A stretch of DNA of 64,000 nucleotides, taken from NCBI GenBank assembly GCA_963666115.2, contig CAXXET010000001.1:1-64000 (forward strand), read 5' to 3'. Of the stretch, positions 18,343-28,713 are shown one piece after another. The DNA comes from Dehalococcoidia bacterium (GTDB taxonomy: Bacteria; Chloroflexota; Dehalococcoidia; UBA6926). The position numbers were made by a program, and so were the translations under genes. The notes under the pieces are model-generated. The model saw only the letters and a program-made list of their open reading frames with translations. It ran no database searches and had not been told where the DNA came from. The number at the start of each line of letters is the position of its first letter. Within the stretch, counting starts at the first letter, position 1.

Positions 18343-19266
18343 TTAGGGGGAGAAGTGGGCGCGGGTTTGTTGGAGGTCTTTTTGCATTTGGTCGATTAGG
18401 GCTTCTACTGTGGTGTATTCGATTTCGGCTCGGAGGCGTTTTAGGAAGTCTACGGTGATTGTTTGGCCGTAGATGTCTTCGTCGAAATCGAGGACGTGGG
18501 TCTCTATCATGCGCTCCTCATCGTGGAAGGTGGGGTTGTCGCCGACGTTGGTGACGGATTCGAGGAGGCGGCCGCCCAAGCGGGCGCGTGTGACGTAGAC
18601 GCCGTCGGCAGGGACGGCGCGGCGGGCGGGGACGGAGATGTTGGCGGTGGGGAAACCGAGGTCCTTGCCGCGGTGGTGGCCGTGGACGACCTGGCCGGAG
18701 ATGGAGTAGGGGCGGGCGAGCATTTCGTTGGCGGCGGCGACGTCGCCGTCTTCGATCAGCAGGCGGCGTATGACGGAGCTCCTGACGCGCTCGCCGTCGT
18801 CTCGCACCTCATCAAGGGGTATGACGGTGAAGCCAAGCTCCTGCCCGATTTGTTCCAGGACGGGGATGGTTCCCTCGCGGCGGCGTCCCATTGCGAAATC
18901 GGGGCCGACGACGAGGCGGCGCATTCCGAGGGCATCGACGAGCTTTTGGGCGAAGTCGCGGGCGGTGACACCCGCCAACTCACGGTCAAAGGTGACGGGG
19001 ACGACGAATTGCGCGCCTGCTTCCTTAAGGAGGACGATGCGCTCGTCGATGGCGGAGAGGTTGGCGACGGGGGCGTCGGGCTGAAAGACCTCGCGGGGGG
19101 TTGTGGTGAAGGTGACGATGCCAGACTGGAGGCCATGTTCGCGGGCTTCCTGCGCGACGCGGGCGATGACATGGCGGTGGCCGCGGTGGACGCCGTCAAA
19201 GGTGCCGATGGTGAGAACGGCGCCGGACGTTGTGCGGGCGCGTTCGATTTCCTCAAAGGCTTTCAT
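18343..19266 (-). CDS. ribF: Bifunctional riboflavin kinase / FAD synthetase
   Basis: IGTFDGVHRGH, GFPTAN, ETHVLDF. Confidence 0.97.
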   Translation of the reverse strand: MKAFEEIERARTTSGAVLTIGTFDGVHRGHRHVIARVAQEAREHGLQSGIVTFTTTPREVFQPDAPVANLSAIDERIVLLKEAGAQFVVPVTFDRELAGVTARDFAQKLVDALGMRRLVVGPDFAMGRRREGTIPVLEQIGQELGFTVIPLDEVRDDGERVRSSVIRRLLIEDGDVAAANEMLARPYSISGQVVHGHHRGKDLGFPTANISVPARRAVPADGVYVTRARLGGRLLESVTNVGDNPTFHDEERMIETHVLDFDEDIYGQTITVDFLKRLRAEIEYTTVEALIDQMQKDLQQTRAHFSP

Positions 19267-19278
19267 GGGGGCGGGTTC

Positions 19279-19659
19279 TCAGTCGTTCTCCTGATCGGTT
19301 CCACGGAAGCGGAGGTTGCCGGTGCCGCGCAGGTAGACGAATTTCATCTCGTCCTGGCGCTTGTCCGTGTTGACGTGGATGAGGACGCGGATGCAGCGCT
19401 CGTCAGCGCCGGGCGCGGTTATTTCCATTGCGCCCATGAGGGCGGCGTGGGCCCATCCAAGGCGGACGCGGGCGGCCTCCGCGGGGAAGGCGGCGGTCAG
19501 GTCCGGGGTGGTGGTAAACAGGGCGGAGGCGACGTCGTCGGGGTCGATCTGATTTTGGTCACGCAGTTCGATGAGGAGTTCTTCGGTGGCGTCGAGGATC
19601 TCATCGCGCGTGTCGGCCTCGATTTTGGTTGCTCCACGGATACCGCGAACGGCAGTCAT
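19279..19659 (-). CDS. aroH: AroH-type chorismate mutase
   Basis: VRGIRGAT, TPDLTAAFPA, CIRVLIH, VYLRG. Confidence 0.95.
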   Translation of the reverse strand: MTAVRGIRGATKIEADTRDEILDATEELLIELRDQNQIDPDDVASALFTTTPDLTAAFPAEAARVRLGWAHAALMGAMEITAPGADERCIRVLIHVNTDKRQDEMKFVYLRGTGNLRFRGTDQEND

Positions 19660-20468
19660 ACGCTTCCTCCGGTTGAACGTGCGGCTTGTACAAGGCTCCG
19701 CACATAGTTTTCCACACTTTGCGTCCGTTCAGCAGGGGGGGCGCCGCCCATGAGGTTGACCATGGCGCTGCCGATGACGACGCCGTCCACGATGGGGGCG
19801 ACCGAGGCGACGTGGCGGGGCTGGGAGATGCCGAACCCGAGGGCGAGGGGGATGTTCGTTCGGGCGCGGACGCGTTGGATGAGAGAAGGGACGGCGTCGG
19901 AGACGGAATCACGCGCGCCGGTGACGCCGGTGAGGCTGACGCAGTAGATGAAGCCGCGGGCGCGTTGGGCGATGGCCTCAATGCGCTCATCGGGGCTTGT
20001 GGGGGCGATCATATAGATGAGGTCAAGGGCGTGGGCGGCGATGACGTCATCGAGGGGGCCGGATTCCTCGGGAGGGAGGTCGGGGACGATGAGGCCGTCG
20101 ATGCCAGCGGCGGCGGCGTCTTTGGCCAGCCGCCCGGTTCCGTATTGGAGGAAGGGGTTGTAGTAGCCCATGAGGAAGATTGGGGTATCGGGGAAGTCGG
20201 CGCGGATCTGTTTCGTCGCTTCCAGGCAGGTTTGAAGGGTGACGTTGTTGTCCAGGGCGGCGGTGGAGCTTTTCTGGATGGTCGCGCCGTCGGCGAGAGG
20301 ATCGCTGAAGGGGACGCCAAGCTCAATGAGGTCTGCGCCGGCGCGGACGGCGGCGCGAATGCCCTCAAGCGTGGCGGCAAGGTCCGGGTAGCCGACGGTG
20401 AAGTAGGGGGCGATTGCGGCGCGCTGCTGCTGGCGGGCGCGCCGGAACGCCGCTTCTATGCGCCCCAT
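19656..20468 (-). CDS. trpA: Tryptophan synthase alpha subunit
   Basis: ELGVPFSDPLADG, MGYYNP, GVTG, GFGIS. Confidence 0.97.
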   Translation of the reverse strand: MGRIEAAFRRARQQQRAAIAPYFTVGYPDLAATLEGIRAAVRAGADLIELGVPFSDPLADGATIQKSSTAALDNNVTLQTCLEATKQIRADFPDTPIFLMGYYNPFLQYGTGRLAKDAAAAGIDGLIVPDLPPEESGPLDDVIAAHALDLIYMIAPTSPDERIEAIAQRARGFIYCVSLTGVTGARDSVSDAVPSLIQRVRARTNIPLALGFGISQPRHVASVAPIVDGVVIGSAMVNLMGGAPPAERTQSVENYVRSLVQAARSTGGSV

Positions 20469-21166
20469 GTTCGCACTGCCAGCGCCGCGACGGCGATTGT
20501 GTTGTAGCCCGCGTGTGTGATGATGCTGCTCCAAAGATTGCCCGTCCAACGGTATATGCCCAAGAGAATGATACCCACAATCGCAATGGGAATCATGACG
20601 GCGGGGTCAACGTGGGCGACACCGAAGGCGATCCCGGTGAGGATGACGGCGGGCCAGAGGGGCATTGAGCGGCGGAGGGCCTGATACATGAAGCCTCGGA
20701 AGAATATTTCCTCAACGAGGGGGGCGATGACGATGGCGGAGACGGCGATGACGGCGAAGGAGACGGCATTGATGTCCCAGGACTCGAAGGGGTCGGCGGG
20801 GATGAGGGCATCGAGGCCGAGGGCGGTGACGATCAGGACGTAGGCGATGACGAGGGTTTGGCAGAGGGTTGTTCCTGCTATGGCGATCAGGGTTGTTGAG
20901 ATGGGCCTGATGCGGCGGAATCCGAGGAGGGACCATCGCCCGTGGATGGGTCGGACGGCAAAATGCCAGACGCTGAGGGCCATGATTGCTTGCAGGAGGA
21001 GCGTCGCGGCGAGCAGGAGGACGTGCTGTCCCCACCTGGTGAGGTCTATGACGTTGATGATGCCGGCGATGCTGCCGATGACGATTGCGAAGGCGAGGGC
21101 GATGACGGCGAGGGAGATGAGGACGTGGCGGGTTGTCCAGGGGAGGGGAGGGGTCTCAGCGTCCAT
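20456..21166 (-). CDS. CPBP/CAAX intramembrane metalloprotease
   Basis: EEIFFRG, FGVAH, HAGYN motifs. Confidence 0.93.
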   Translation of the reverse strand: MDAETPPLPWTTRHVLISLAVIALAFAIVIGSIAGIINVIDLTRWGQHVLLLAATLLLQAIMALSVWHFAVRPIHGRWSLLGFRRIRPISTTLIAIAGTTLCQTLVIAYVLIVTALGLDALIPADPFESWDINAVSFAVIAVSAIVIAPLVEEIFFRGFMYQALRRSMPLWPAVILTGIAFGVAHVDPAVMIPIAIVGIILLGIYRWTGNLWSSIITHAGYNTIAVAALAVRTWGA

Positions 21167-21539
21167 CTGGGCCGCTGGGGTAGAGGCGCCGGTATTCGTT
21201 GAGGAGTTTGGCGATTAGGCCGGCGCGGTCGGCGAGGGCGAGGGCGTCCTGGTAGAGGAGCTGGCGGCCCTCATCGGTGATTTGGTAGGAGCGGCGGGAG
21301 GGGCCGGGGCCGTCCTGCCGGACCCATTCGGAGGTGACGGCGCCGGATTTTTCGAGACGGCGGAGGCCGCGATAGAGGTTGCCGACGTCCGCCTTGCCGG
21401 GGAGGTAACCGCGCTCCTGGAGGGCTTCAAGGAGGGCGTAGCCGTGCTGCGGCCCTTCTGAGAGGATCAGGAGGACGGCGGGCTGGACGAGTCCCCACAT
21501 GGGGGAGGTTTTTGTTTCGCTTTCAGACGATGCGGTCAT
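21156..21539 (-). CDS. PadR-family transcriptional regulator
   Basis: HGYALL, LYRGLRRLEKSG, RRSYQITDEG. Confidence 0.93.
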   Translation of the reverse strand: MTASSESETKTSPMWGLVQPAVLLILSEGPQHGYALLEALQERGYLPGKADVGNLYRGLRRLEKSGAVTSEWVRQDGPGPSRRSYQITDEGRQLLYQDALALADRAGLIAKLLNEYRRLYPSGPDGR

Positions 21540-21578
21540 GGGGGGATTTTACCGCATTCGGCGGGGGAGGGGGGCGAT

Positions 21579-21604
21579 GGATTCCGGCCTTCGCCGGAAT
21601 GACG
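21579..21604 (+). repeat. REP-like hairpin type A
   Basis: GGATTCCGGCCTTCGCCGGAATGACG. Confidence 0.88.
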
Positions 21605-21653
21605 GAGGGGGGCGCGGGCTTGGTGGGGGTGGGGGCGGGGGAGGAGGAGGGGG

Positions 21654-23363
21654 TTAGGGGAGGAGGGCGCGGGCTTGGTGGGGGGCGTTTTCTATGGGGA
21701 CTATGGTGGCGGAGTCACGGTTGGCGGCGCGGAGTTTTAGTTCTGTGTTGCGGCCGTCTCGCATGGAGCGGCGGCTTACGGTGGCGCGGAGGGGCATACC
21801 GAGGAGGTCTGCGTCGCTGAATTTTATTCCGGCGGATTCGTCGCGGTCGTCGTAGAGGACTTCAAGGCCGGCGGCGGTTAGCAGCGCGTAGAGATCGTCG
21901 GCGGCCTGCGTGATTTCGTCGTCGCCGGGGTTGAGGGAGACGAGGTGGACATCGTAGGGGGCGATGGTGGCGGGGAAGATGATGCCGTCGTCATCGCGGC
22001 TGCTTTCGATGACCGCGCCGAGGAGGCGACCGACGCCGATGCCGTAGCAACCCATGAACATGGGCTTTTCCTCGCCGTCCTGGGTGACGTAGTTCGCGCC
22101 GAACGCTTCGCTGAATTTCGTGCCGAGCTTGAAGACGTGGCCGACTTCAATGCCGCGCGAGAGGGTGAGCGCGCCATCGTCGCAGTCCGCGCAGCCGTGG
22201 TCTTGCTCCGCCCTGGCGATGTCAATGACATCATCAAAGTCAAAATCGCGACCGTAGTTGACGTTGCGGAAGTGCTTGTGGGGGGCATTTGCGCCGGCGA
22301 CGTAGTTCGCGCCCTGCGTGGCGGAGACGTCACCGATTTTGCGGACGTTTTCGATGCCGACGGGGGAGGCGGAACCGGCGACGATGCCTGCCGCCGCGAC
22401 TTCTTCATCGGTTGCGAGGCGGAGTTCGCCGCCGCCCAGCGCGTTGGCCAGCTTTACTTCGTTCACGTCAAGGTCGCCGCGGATGGCGACGAAGATGAAC
22501 TCGCCATCGTGGACGTAGAAGACGGCCTTGAGGGTTTGGCTTTCCTCGATGGAGAGGAACCCGGCGAGTTCGGCGATGGTGGTCATGTCAGGGGTGTCGA
22601 TTATTTCGATGTCGAGAGGCTCGCCGGCGTCGGGGGCGGGGGCGTAGCGGGAGCGTGCGCGCTCAACGTTGGCGGCGTAGCCGCAGGCGGCGCAGGTGAC
22701 CAGTTCGTCCTCGCCGGTGTCGGCGAGAAGCATGTATTCCTGCGAGTCGCTGCCGCCCATCGCGCCGCTGTCGGCTTCGACCGCAACAACATCAAGTCCA
22801 CAGCGTCGGAAGATGTTCCAGTACGCCTGCACCATCTTTTCGTAGGAGGCGTCCAGGCCGGCCTGATCGACGTCGAAGGAGTAGGCGTCCTTCATGTGGA
22901 ACTCGCGGACGCGGATGAGGCCGGCGCGGGGGCGGGCCTCGTCGCGCAGCTTGGTCTGGATCTGGTAGAGGTTGACGGGGAGGTCGCGGTAGCTGTGAAC
23001 GTGGCGGCGGGCAAGGTCGGTGACGGCTTCCTCGTGGGTGGGGGCGAGAACCATGGGGCGGTCGCGGCGGTCGTGGAGGTGGAAGAGGGTGGGGCCGAAC
23101 GCCTCCTCACGTCCGCTCTGCCGCCAGAGTTCGACGGGCTGGATGACGGGCATGAGGACTTCCTGGGCGCCGGCGGCGTTCATTTCCTCGCGGATGACGG
23201 TTTCGATTTTGCGCATGGAGCGGAGGGCCATGGGGAGGTAGGAATAGACGCCGGCGGCGACCTGGGAGACGAGGCCGGCGCGGATAAGGAGGCGGTGGCC
23301 GGCGGTGTCCGCGTCGGACGGGTCATCCCGCAGGGTCTTGCCGAATAGTTGGGACATGCGCAT
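21654..23363 (-). CDS. proS: Proline-tRNA ligase with editing domain
   Basis: LAPTHEE, RDEARPR, MKDAYSF, EVGHVFKLG, MGCYGIG. Confidence 0.99.
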   Translation of the reverse strand: MRMSQLFGKTLRDDPSDADTAGHRLLIRAGLVSQVAAGVYSYLPMALRSMRKIETVIREEMNAAGAQEVLMPVIQPVELWRQSGREEAFGPTLFHLHDRRDRPMVLAPTHEEAVTDLARRHVHSYRDLPVNLYQIQTKLRDEARPRAGLIRVREFHMKDAYSFDVDQAGLDASYEKMVQAYWNIFRRCGLDVVAVEADSGAMGGSDSQEYMLLADTGEDELVTCAACGYAANVERARSRYAPAPDAGEPLDIEIIDTPDMTTIAELAGFLSIEESQTLKAVFYVHDGEFIFVAIRGDLDVNEVKLANALGGGELRLATDEEVAAAGIVAGSASPVGIENVRKIGDVSATQGANYVAGANAPHKHFRNVNYGRDFDFDDVIDIARAEQDHGCADCDDGALTLSRGIEVGHVFKLGTKFSEAFGANYVTQDGEEKPMFMGCYGIGVGRLLGAVIESSRDDDGIIFPATIAPYDVHLVSLNPGDDEITQAADDLYALLTAAGLEVLYDDRDESAGIKFSDADLLGMPLRATVSRRSMRDGRNTELKLRAANRDSATIVPIENAPHQARALLP

Positions 23364-23366
23364 GGG

Positions 23367-23963
23367 TTAATGATAGCGCGTGGCCTTCTCCATGTGGTGT
23401 ACGACATCGTCGCCCGTCACCCAACGGATCATGCGGCCCTTCTGGGATTTGGTTACGCGGTAGCCGAGCCTCTCATAGAGACGGCGCGCCGCCTCGTTTT
23501 CGCCAATCACGCCGAGGGACATGAGGTTCTTGCCGCGCTCTCGGGCAAGCTCCTCCGCAGCGTTCATCAACCTGGTTCCGACGCCCAGCCCGCGCGCCGC
23601 TGCGCTTACCGAGATTGTGGATACGATGAACTCATCGGGCTTAGCCGATTCGTTCAGGAGGAGGAGGTTCAGCAGCATGAGCAGCGCCCGCCACGGCCAG
23701 AAGCGCCCAAAGAGCGCGCCCAGGCGCAGTTGAAAGAACTCGCCCCGCGTTGTCTGGTGCGTGAGGATGCCCAGCAGCTCGTCGCCTTGCAGCGCGACGA
23801 TACAGTTGTCGGGATTGATGGAATCGTGGAAGAGACGGCGGACCTGTTCGGCATTGCTGAAACCGATGCGGAACTTGCGGGCGAAAGCCTCATGGAAGAT
23901 GTCCAGCGCGCGGTTGACGTGGCGCTCATCAAGGGTGTGGGCGATTTTGAGTTCTTGAGTCAT
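23367..23963 (-). CDS. GNAT acetyltransferase
   Basis: ARGLGVGTRL, NEAARRLYERLGY. Confidence 0.9.
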   Translation of the reverse strand: MTQELKIAHTLDERHVNRALDIFHEAFARKFRIGFSNAEQVRRLFHDSINPDNCIVALQGDELLGILTHQTTRGEFFQLRLGALFGRFWPWRALLMLLNLLLLNESAKPDEFIVSTISVSAAARGLGVGTRLMNAAEELARERGKNLMSLGVIGENEAARRLYERLGYRVTKSQKGRMIRWVTGDDVVHHMEKATRYH

Positions 23964-24119
23964 TCGTCGATAGTACTAGAGACGTTCTCCGAGGCGCTAT
24001 TGCTGAGTGGGCCGCTCCGGCAACAACGAAAGGAATACTTGTATGACACGTACTACATGTTTACAATGGCAGCCAGAGCCGCTAATCAATTTCCATTTTC
24101 TTGTGACAGGGAGGCAGGC

Positions 24120-24347
24120 ATGACAGTTTCCATTCGTTTGGATGCCGAGACGGAAGGGCGTCTCAACCGCCTTTCTGAACAGACCGGACGAACCAAGTCG
24201 TACTACCTGCGGCAACTCATCGAAGACGGCCTCGATGACCTTGAGGACTATTACCTGGCCATGGAGATCCTTGAGCGTGTCCGCAAGGGCGAGGAACCCG
24301 TCTATTCGCTCGACGAAGTGAAGGCACATCTTGGCTTGGAGGATTGA
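24120..24347 (+). CDS. RelB/StbD-like RHH antitoxin
   Basis: MTVSIRLDAETEGRLNRLSEQTGRTKSYY...DLEDYYLA; GGAGG RBS. Confidence 0.9.
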   Translation: MTVSIRLDAETEGRLNRLSEQTGRTKSYYLRQLIEDGLDDLEDYYLAMEILERVRKGEEPVYSLDEVKAHLGLED

Positions 24348-24603
24348 GTTTACCCGTCGAGCCGAGAGGGACTTGGGGAGGCTCGGCCTAATCCCTTCAC
24401 GCAGGATAGTCAGTTTTTTGGAGACACGACTCCAATCATCTGAGGACCCGCGAAGCTACGGGAAGGCCCTGGCCGGTCCGCTCAGCGGACTCTGGTCGTA
24501 CAGGGTGGGAGATTATCGAATCCTAGCTGAGATACAGGACAACGTCATGACTGTTCTTGTTGTCCAGGTTGGTCATCGCGGGAGTATCTTCAGCAGGCCG
24601 TGA
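24331..24603 (+). CDS. relE: RelE/StbE-family toxin
   Basis: DPRSYGKAL.G.LSGLWSYRVGDYRI, VGHRG. Confidence 0.92.
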   Translation: MAWRIEFTRRAERDLGRLGLIPSRRIVSFLETRLQSSEDPRSYGKALAGPLSGLWSYRVGDYRILAEIQDNVMTVLVVQVGHRGSIFSRP

Positions 24604-24687
24604 ATCCATGCTGCCCTCGCTGTTGAGTGGGGTTCTTGCGGCGTGCTAGAATCAACGCACTCATTTAGGGGAGGCGAGCGCGGGGGT

Positions 24688-26397
24688 ATGCGCCAACACG
24701 AGGTTGTTATTATCGGCGGCGGGCTTGCGGGGATGCGGGCCGCGCAGAAGGCACAGGAGATGGGCGCGGACGTCGCCATGATCTCCAAGATTTATCCGAC
24801 ACGCAGCCACTCCGCCGCGGCGCAGGGCGGCGTGCAGGCAGCAGTGAGCGAGGGGGATTCCTGGGAGTCCCACGCCTACGACACGGTCAAGGGGAGCGAT
24901 TACCTCGGCGACCAGGACGCCATCGAGATCCTGTGCTACGAGGCGCCCGGCGACATCTATGCCCTTGAGCGGATGGGCGTCATCTTCAACCGGAACGACG
25001 ACGGGACGATCGACGCGCGCGCTTTCGGCGGCACGTCGGTCAACCGGACGTGCTTTGTGGCGGACCAGACGGGGCAGGTTCTCCTGCACGTCATGTGGGA
25101 GCAGCTCCTCAAGAGCGGGCTGACAACGTATTCGGAGTGGTTCGTGACAAAGCTGCTGGTCGAGGACAACAAGGTCGCGGGGTGCGTCGCGCTGGAGATT
25201 CCGACGGGGCGCGTGGAGGTCTTTCGCGCAAAGGCCATCGTGCTGGCGACGGGCGGAATCGGGCAGGTGTACAACCCGACGACGAACGGGCTTGTCGTGA
25301 CGGCGGACGGGCAGGCGCTGGCGTACCAGGCGGGCGCGACGCTGATGGACATGGAGTCCGTGCAGCACCATCCGACGACGATGAAGGCGAATGGCGTGCT
25401 GATCACGGAGGGGGCGCGCGGCGAGGGGGCGTACCTGCTGAACTCCAACGGCGAGCGGTTCATGGAGAAGTACGCGCCGAACATGAAGGAACTGGCGTCG
25501 CGCGACGTGGTGTCCCGCGCTGAGACGATGGAGATACGGGAGGGGCGGGGCGTGGACGGGTGCGTGCTGCTCGATCTCCGGCACCTTGGGCGCGACCTAA
25601 TCATGACCAAACTGGCGCAGATCTATGAGTTGGCGCGCGACTACGCGAGCACGAACATCCTCGAAGCGCCGGTGCCGATTCAGCCCGGCCACCACTACAT
25701 CATGGGCGGCATCAAGACGGATGTTGACGGCCGCACGTGGGACGCGACGGGGGAGAATCGCTGGGCAGGCGTCGAGGGGCTGTTCGCGGCGGGGGAATGC
25801 GCGAACGTGAGCGTTCACGGCGGCAACCGGCTGGGCGGCAACTCGCTGCTAGACACGATCGTGTTCGGCAAGAGGTCGGGCGCGGGGGCGACGGAGTACG
25901 CGAATTCAACGGACTGGGCGGCAATCAACGAGGATGCCGCGCTGGCCGACCAAGAGGCGTCCACCAAGGCGCTCTTCGACCGCCCGGCGGACGGGCTCCG
26001 CTCGTCGGCGTTGCGATTCGAGATGGGGAACACGATGAACGACGGGATCGCGGTGTTCCGCACCGAGGAGGGGATGACACAGGCGCTCAACACGGTGCGC
26101 GACATCAAGCAGCGTTTCCCGAACGTGTCCGTGCAGAACAAGGGGCGCGTGTTCAATACGGATCTGCTGTCCGTGCTGGAGCTGGGCTACATGCTCGACG
26201 TGGCGGAGGTCATCGCGGTCAGCGCGATCAATCGCAAGGAGAGCCGGGGCGCCCATGCGCGGGAGGACTACCCGGACCGCAACGACGAGGAGTATCTCAA
26301 GCACACCATCGTTCACCGCAGCACAGACGGCGATCCCGTCCTGGACTACCTGCCGGTGACGATGACGAAATGGGAACCACAGGTGAGGTCCTACTGA
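24688..26397 (+). CDS. sdhA: Succinate dehydrogenase/fumarate reductase flavoprotein
   Basis: GGGLAG, RSHSAAAQGG, HPT, EGARGEG, HYIMGG, HGGNRLGGNSL. Confidence 0.97.
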   Translation: MRQHEVVIIGGGLAGMRAAQKAQEMGADVAMISKIYPTRSHSAAAQGGVQAAVSEGDSWESHAYDTVKGSDYLGDQDAIEILCYEAPGDIYALERMGVIFNRNDDGTIDARAFGGTSVNRTCFVADQTGQVLLHVMWEQLLKSGLTTYSEWFVTKLLVEDNKVAGCVALEIPTGRVEVFRAKAIVLATGGIGQVYNPTTNGLVVTADGQALAYQAGATLMDMESVQHHPTTMKANGVLITEGARGEGAYLLNSNGERFMEKYAPNMKELASRDVVSRAETMEIREGRGVDGCVLLDLRHLGRDLIMTKLAQIYELARDYASTNILEAPVPIQPGHHYIMGGIKTDVDGRTWDATGENRWAGVEGLFAAGECANVSVHGGNRLGGNSLLDTIVFGKRSGAGATEYANSTDWAAINEDAALADQEASTKALFDRPADGLRSSALRFEMGNTMNDGIAVFRTEEGMTQALNTVRDIKQRFPNVSVQNKGRVFNTDLLSVLELGYMLDVAEVIAVSAINRKESRGAHAREDYPDRNDEEYLKHTIVHRSTDGDPVLDYLPVTMTKWEPQVRSY

Positions 26398-27338
26398 TGG
26401 ATGTAACTCTGAAGGTAAAGCGGTACGACCCGGAGACGGACGAGGCGGCGCACTTCGAGGAATACCAGGTGGACTTGCCGGAGTACGGCGCGGTCCTGGA
26501 CGGGCTGCTGGCGATACGCGACGAGCAGGACGGCTCGCTGTCCATGCGCTGCTCGTGCCGGAGCGCGATCTGCGGCTCCTGCGCGATGAAGATCAACGGC
26601 AAGTCGCGCCTCGCCTGCAAGACGATGGTGTCGCAGCTCAAGGAGCTTGAGGGGGACGTGATCTCCGTCGAGCCGATGGGCAACCAGCCGGTCATCAAGG
26701 ACCTCGTCGTGAACATGGACATGTTCTGGGACAAGGTCAACGCGGTTCAACCGTACCTGCGCCCCGAGGGGCCGGTGCCGGACAAGGAATACCTGGTCTC
26801 AAACGAGTCCATGATGGAACTCGCGGTCGCCATGAACTGCATCATGTGCGGGGCGTGCGTGTCCGACTGCACGGTGCTGGAGGTGGACAAGGGATTTTTG
26901 GGGCCTGCGGCGCTCGCCAAGGCGTTCCGATTCGCGGGCGATCCTCGCGACGGGCACAAGGAGGAGCGGCTCCAGTTGTACACGGAGCCGAACGGGGTGT
27001 GGGACTGCACGCGGTGCTTCATGTGCGTTTCGGCGTGTCCGAAGGACGTCGCGCCGATGGAACGGATCATGGACGTGCGGGCGATGGCGATGGAGGCCGG
27101 GTTGACGAATACGCGTGGGGCGCGGCACGTGGATGCGTTCGCGTCGAGCGTCAAGCACAGCGGCCGCCTCGATGAGCTTCGCCTCGCGATGAAGACGTTT
27201 GGCATGGTGCGGGCGGGAATCGAGCTTGCGCCGATGGGGATTCGGCGGCTGTTCAAGCGCCGGATGCCGCCGCTGATGCACAAGAAGATATCGACGGCGA
27301 AGAACATCACTCGCCTATTCAACAAGCTGGGAGTATAG
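26397..27338 (+). CDS. sdhB: Succinate dehydrogenase Fe-S subunit (long form)
   Basis: SCRSAICGSC, CIMCGACVSDC, CTRCFMCVSACP; ATG overlaps sdhA stop. Confidence 0.96.
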   Translation: MDVTLKVKRYDPETDEAAHFEEYQVDLPEYGAVLDGLLAIRDEQDGSLSMRCSCRSAICGSCAMKINGKSRLACKTMVSQLKELEGDVISVEPMGNQPVIKDLVVNMDMFWDKVNAVQPYLRPEGPVPDKEYLVSNESMMELAVAMNCIMCGACVSDCTVLEVDKGFLGPAALAKAFRFAGDPRDGHKEERLQLYTEPNGVWDCTRCFMCVSACPKDVAPMERIMDVRAMAMEAGLTNTRGARHVDAFASSVKHSGRLDELRLAMKTFGMVRAGIELAPMGIRRLFKRRMPPLMHKKISTAKNITRLFNKLGV

Positions 27339-27344
27339 AGAATC

Positions 27345-28238
27345 ATGCGCTACGCCTTTTGGCCCGGCTGCGTTTCCCGCGCGGGCACGCCCGAACTGTA
27401 TCCGGCAGCGACGGCGGTTGCCGAGAAGATCGGCATGGAGTTGATCGAACTCGAGCAGGCGAGCTGCACGGGCGCGGGGGTGCTGGGGGAACGGAACGAG
27501 GAGCTTGTCGACACGCTGAACGCGCGCAATTTCGCGCTGGCCGAGCAGATGGGGCTGGATACGCTGCTAACGATCTGCTCGACGTGCCAGGGCGTGATGA
27601 GCGGGGTGAATTACAAGCTGCGTGAGAAGCCGGAGTACCTGGCGAAGATCAATGAGAACCTTGCGGACGAGGGGCTGGAGTACAAGGGCGGCGTCCGCGT
27701 GACGCACATGATGTGGGCGGTCGTGGAGGAGCTTGGGCTCAGCAACCTCAAGGAGATGGTGGTGCGGCCGCTGAACGGCCTCAAGATCGCGCCGTTCTAT
27801 GGCTGCTATATTCTCCGTCCCCGGTACGTGCTCGGCATGAACGAGGAGCACGCGCACCGCGATCAGTACCTGGAATACATCATCGAGGCGCTTGGCGGTG
27901 AGCCGATCGACTACGAGGGCAAGCTGCGGTGCTGCGGCTTCCCAATTATGACCATCAATGAACCCAACGGCCTCAAGATGGTGAGCAACCATACGCTGGA
28001 GGCGAAGGGCATGGGGGCGCACGCGCTGGTGACGCCGTGCCCGCTGTGCCACCTGAACCTCGATGAGTTCCAGCCCAAGGCGGCCAAGAGCGCGGGCAAG
28101 CCCATCAATATGCCGGTGCTGCACCTGCCGCAGATGATCGGGACGGCGCTGGGGTTCAGCGTGCGGGACATGGGCTTGCAGAGGCACATCGTTTCGACTG
28201 AGCCTTTTATTGAGCTTTCGGGGATGCCGCGGAGGTAG
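27345..28238 (+). CDS. CCG-domain HdrB/SdhE-like subunit (type-E SQOR anchor)
   Basis: WPGC, CSTC, FYGC, RCCG, TPCPLC. Confidence 0.9.
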   Translation: MRYAFWPGCVSRAGTPELYPAATAVAEKIGMELIELEQASCTGAGVLGERNEELVDTLNARNFALAEQMGLDTLLTICSTCQGVMSGVNYKLREKPEYLAKINENLADEGLEYKGGVRVTHMMWAVVEELGLSNLKEMVVRPLNGLKIAPFYGCYILRPRYVLGMNEEHAHRDQYLEYIIEALGGEPIDYEGKLRCCGFPIMTINEPNGLKMVSNHTLEAKGMGAHALVTPCPLCHLNLDEFQPKAAKSAGKPINMPVLHLPQMIGTALGFSVRDMGLQRHIVSTEPFIELSGMPRR

Positions 28239-28314
28239 GGGGGCGCGCTCCGAGGGCTCTTGGGGCGTGGGTGGGTGTCCGTTCGTATGAGGCAAGGCAA
28301 AAGGACGATATTCT

Positions 28315-28713
28315 ATGTCAGCGATTGAAGACACCAGGCCCGGCACAATCCCGCTTGAGCAATGGAAGGTAGCCGTTGCAGAGGCGCGGCATATTCTGAT
28401 CAGTCGTGCGATAGCCTATGAATATACGCAGCGTGACATGCACTATGCCGACTTCGCAGAGGTGTTCTCGACATTCCGATTGGCTCCGCCAAGGTTCACT
28501 AACCTGCCTAGGTTGTTGGAAGCTGTGTCCCGATCAGAACACGAACTGGGTAGGCCGATGCTGTCCATCCTTGTCGTTAGGCAACAGGATGAGAGGCCGG
28601 GAGAGGGATTCTACGGTCTGGCTCGTGATCTGGGTTGGCGTGTTGACGACGAGGAGCAGTTCTTCGCAAATGAGCACCGACGAGTCACGGAATACTGGAA
28701 GGCACAGTCTTAG
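28315..28713 (+). CDS. Hypothetical protein, probable winged-helix-like
   Basis: 132-aa ORF with GRPMLSILVV...PGEGFY motif, lower GC than the backbone. Confidence 0.7.
   Translation: MSAIEDTRPGTIPLEQWKVAVAEARHILISRAIAYEYTQRDMHYADFAEVFSTFRLAPPRFTNLPRLLEAVSRSEHELGRPMLSILVVRQQDERPGEGFYGLARDLGWRVDDEEQFFANEHRRVTEYWKAQS

Noticed and set aside
19279-20468. trpA without trpB beside aroH
   Set aside because: Split trp genes are common; trpB may lie elsewhere in the genome.
23349-24347. 332-aa ORF as a long antitoxin fusion
   Set aside because: The first part is antisense to the GNAT gene; the real start is ATG 24120 with a GGAGG RBS.
25737-27338. 533-aa SdhB
   Set aside because: The extension is an alternate frame of sdhA; the true start is 26397.
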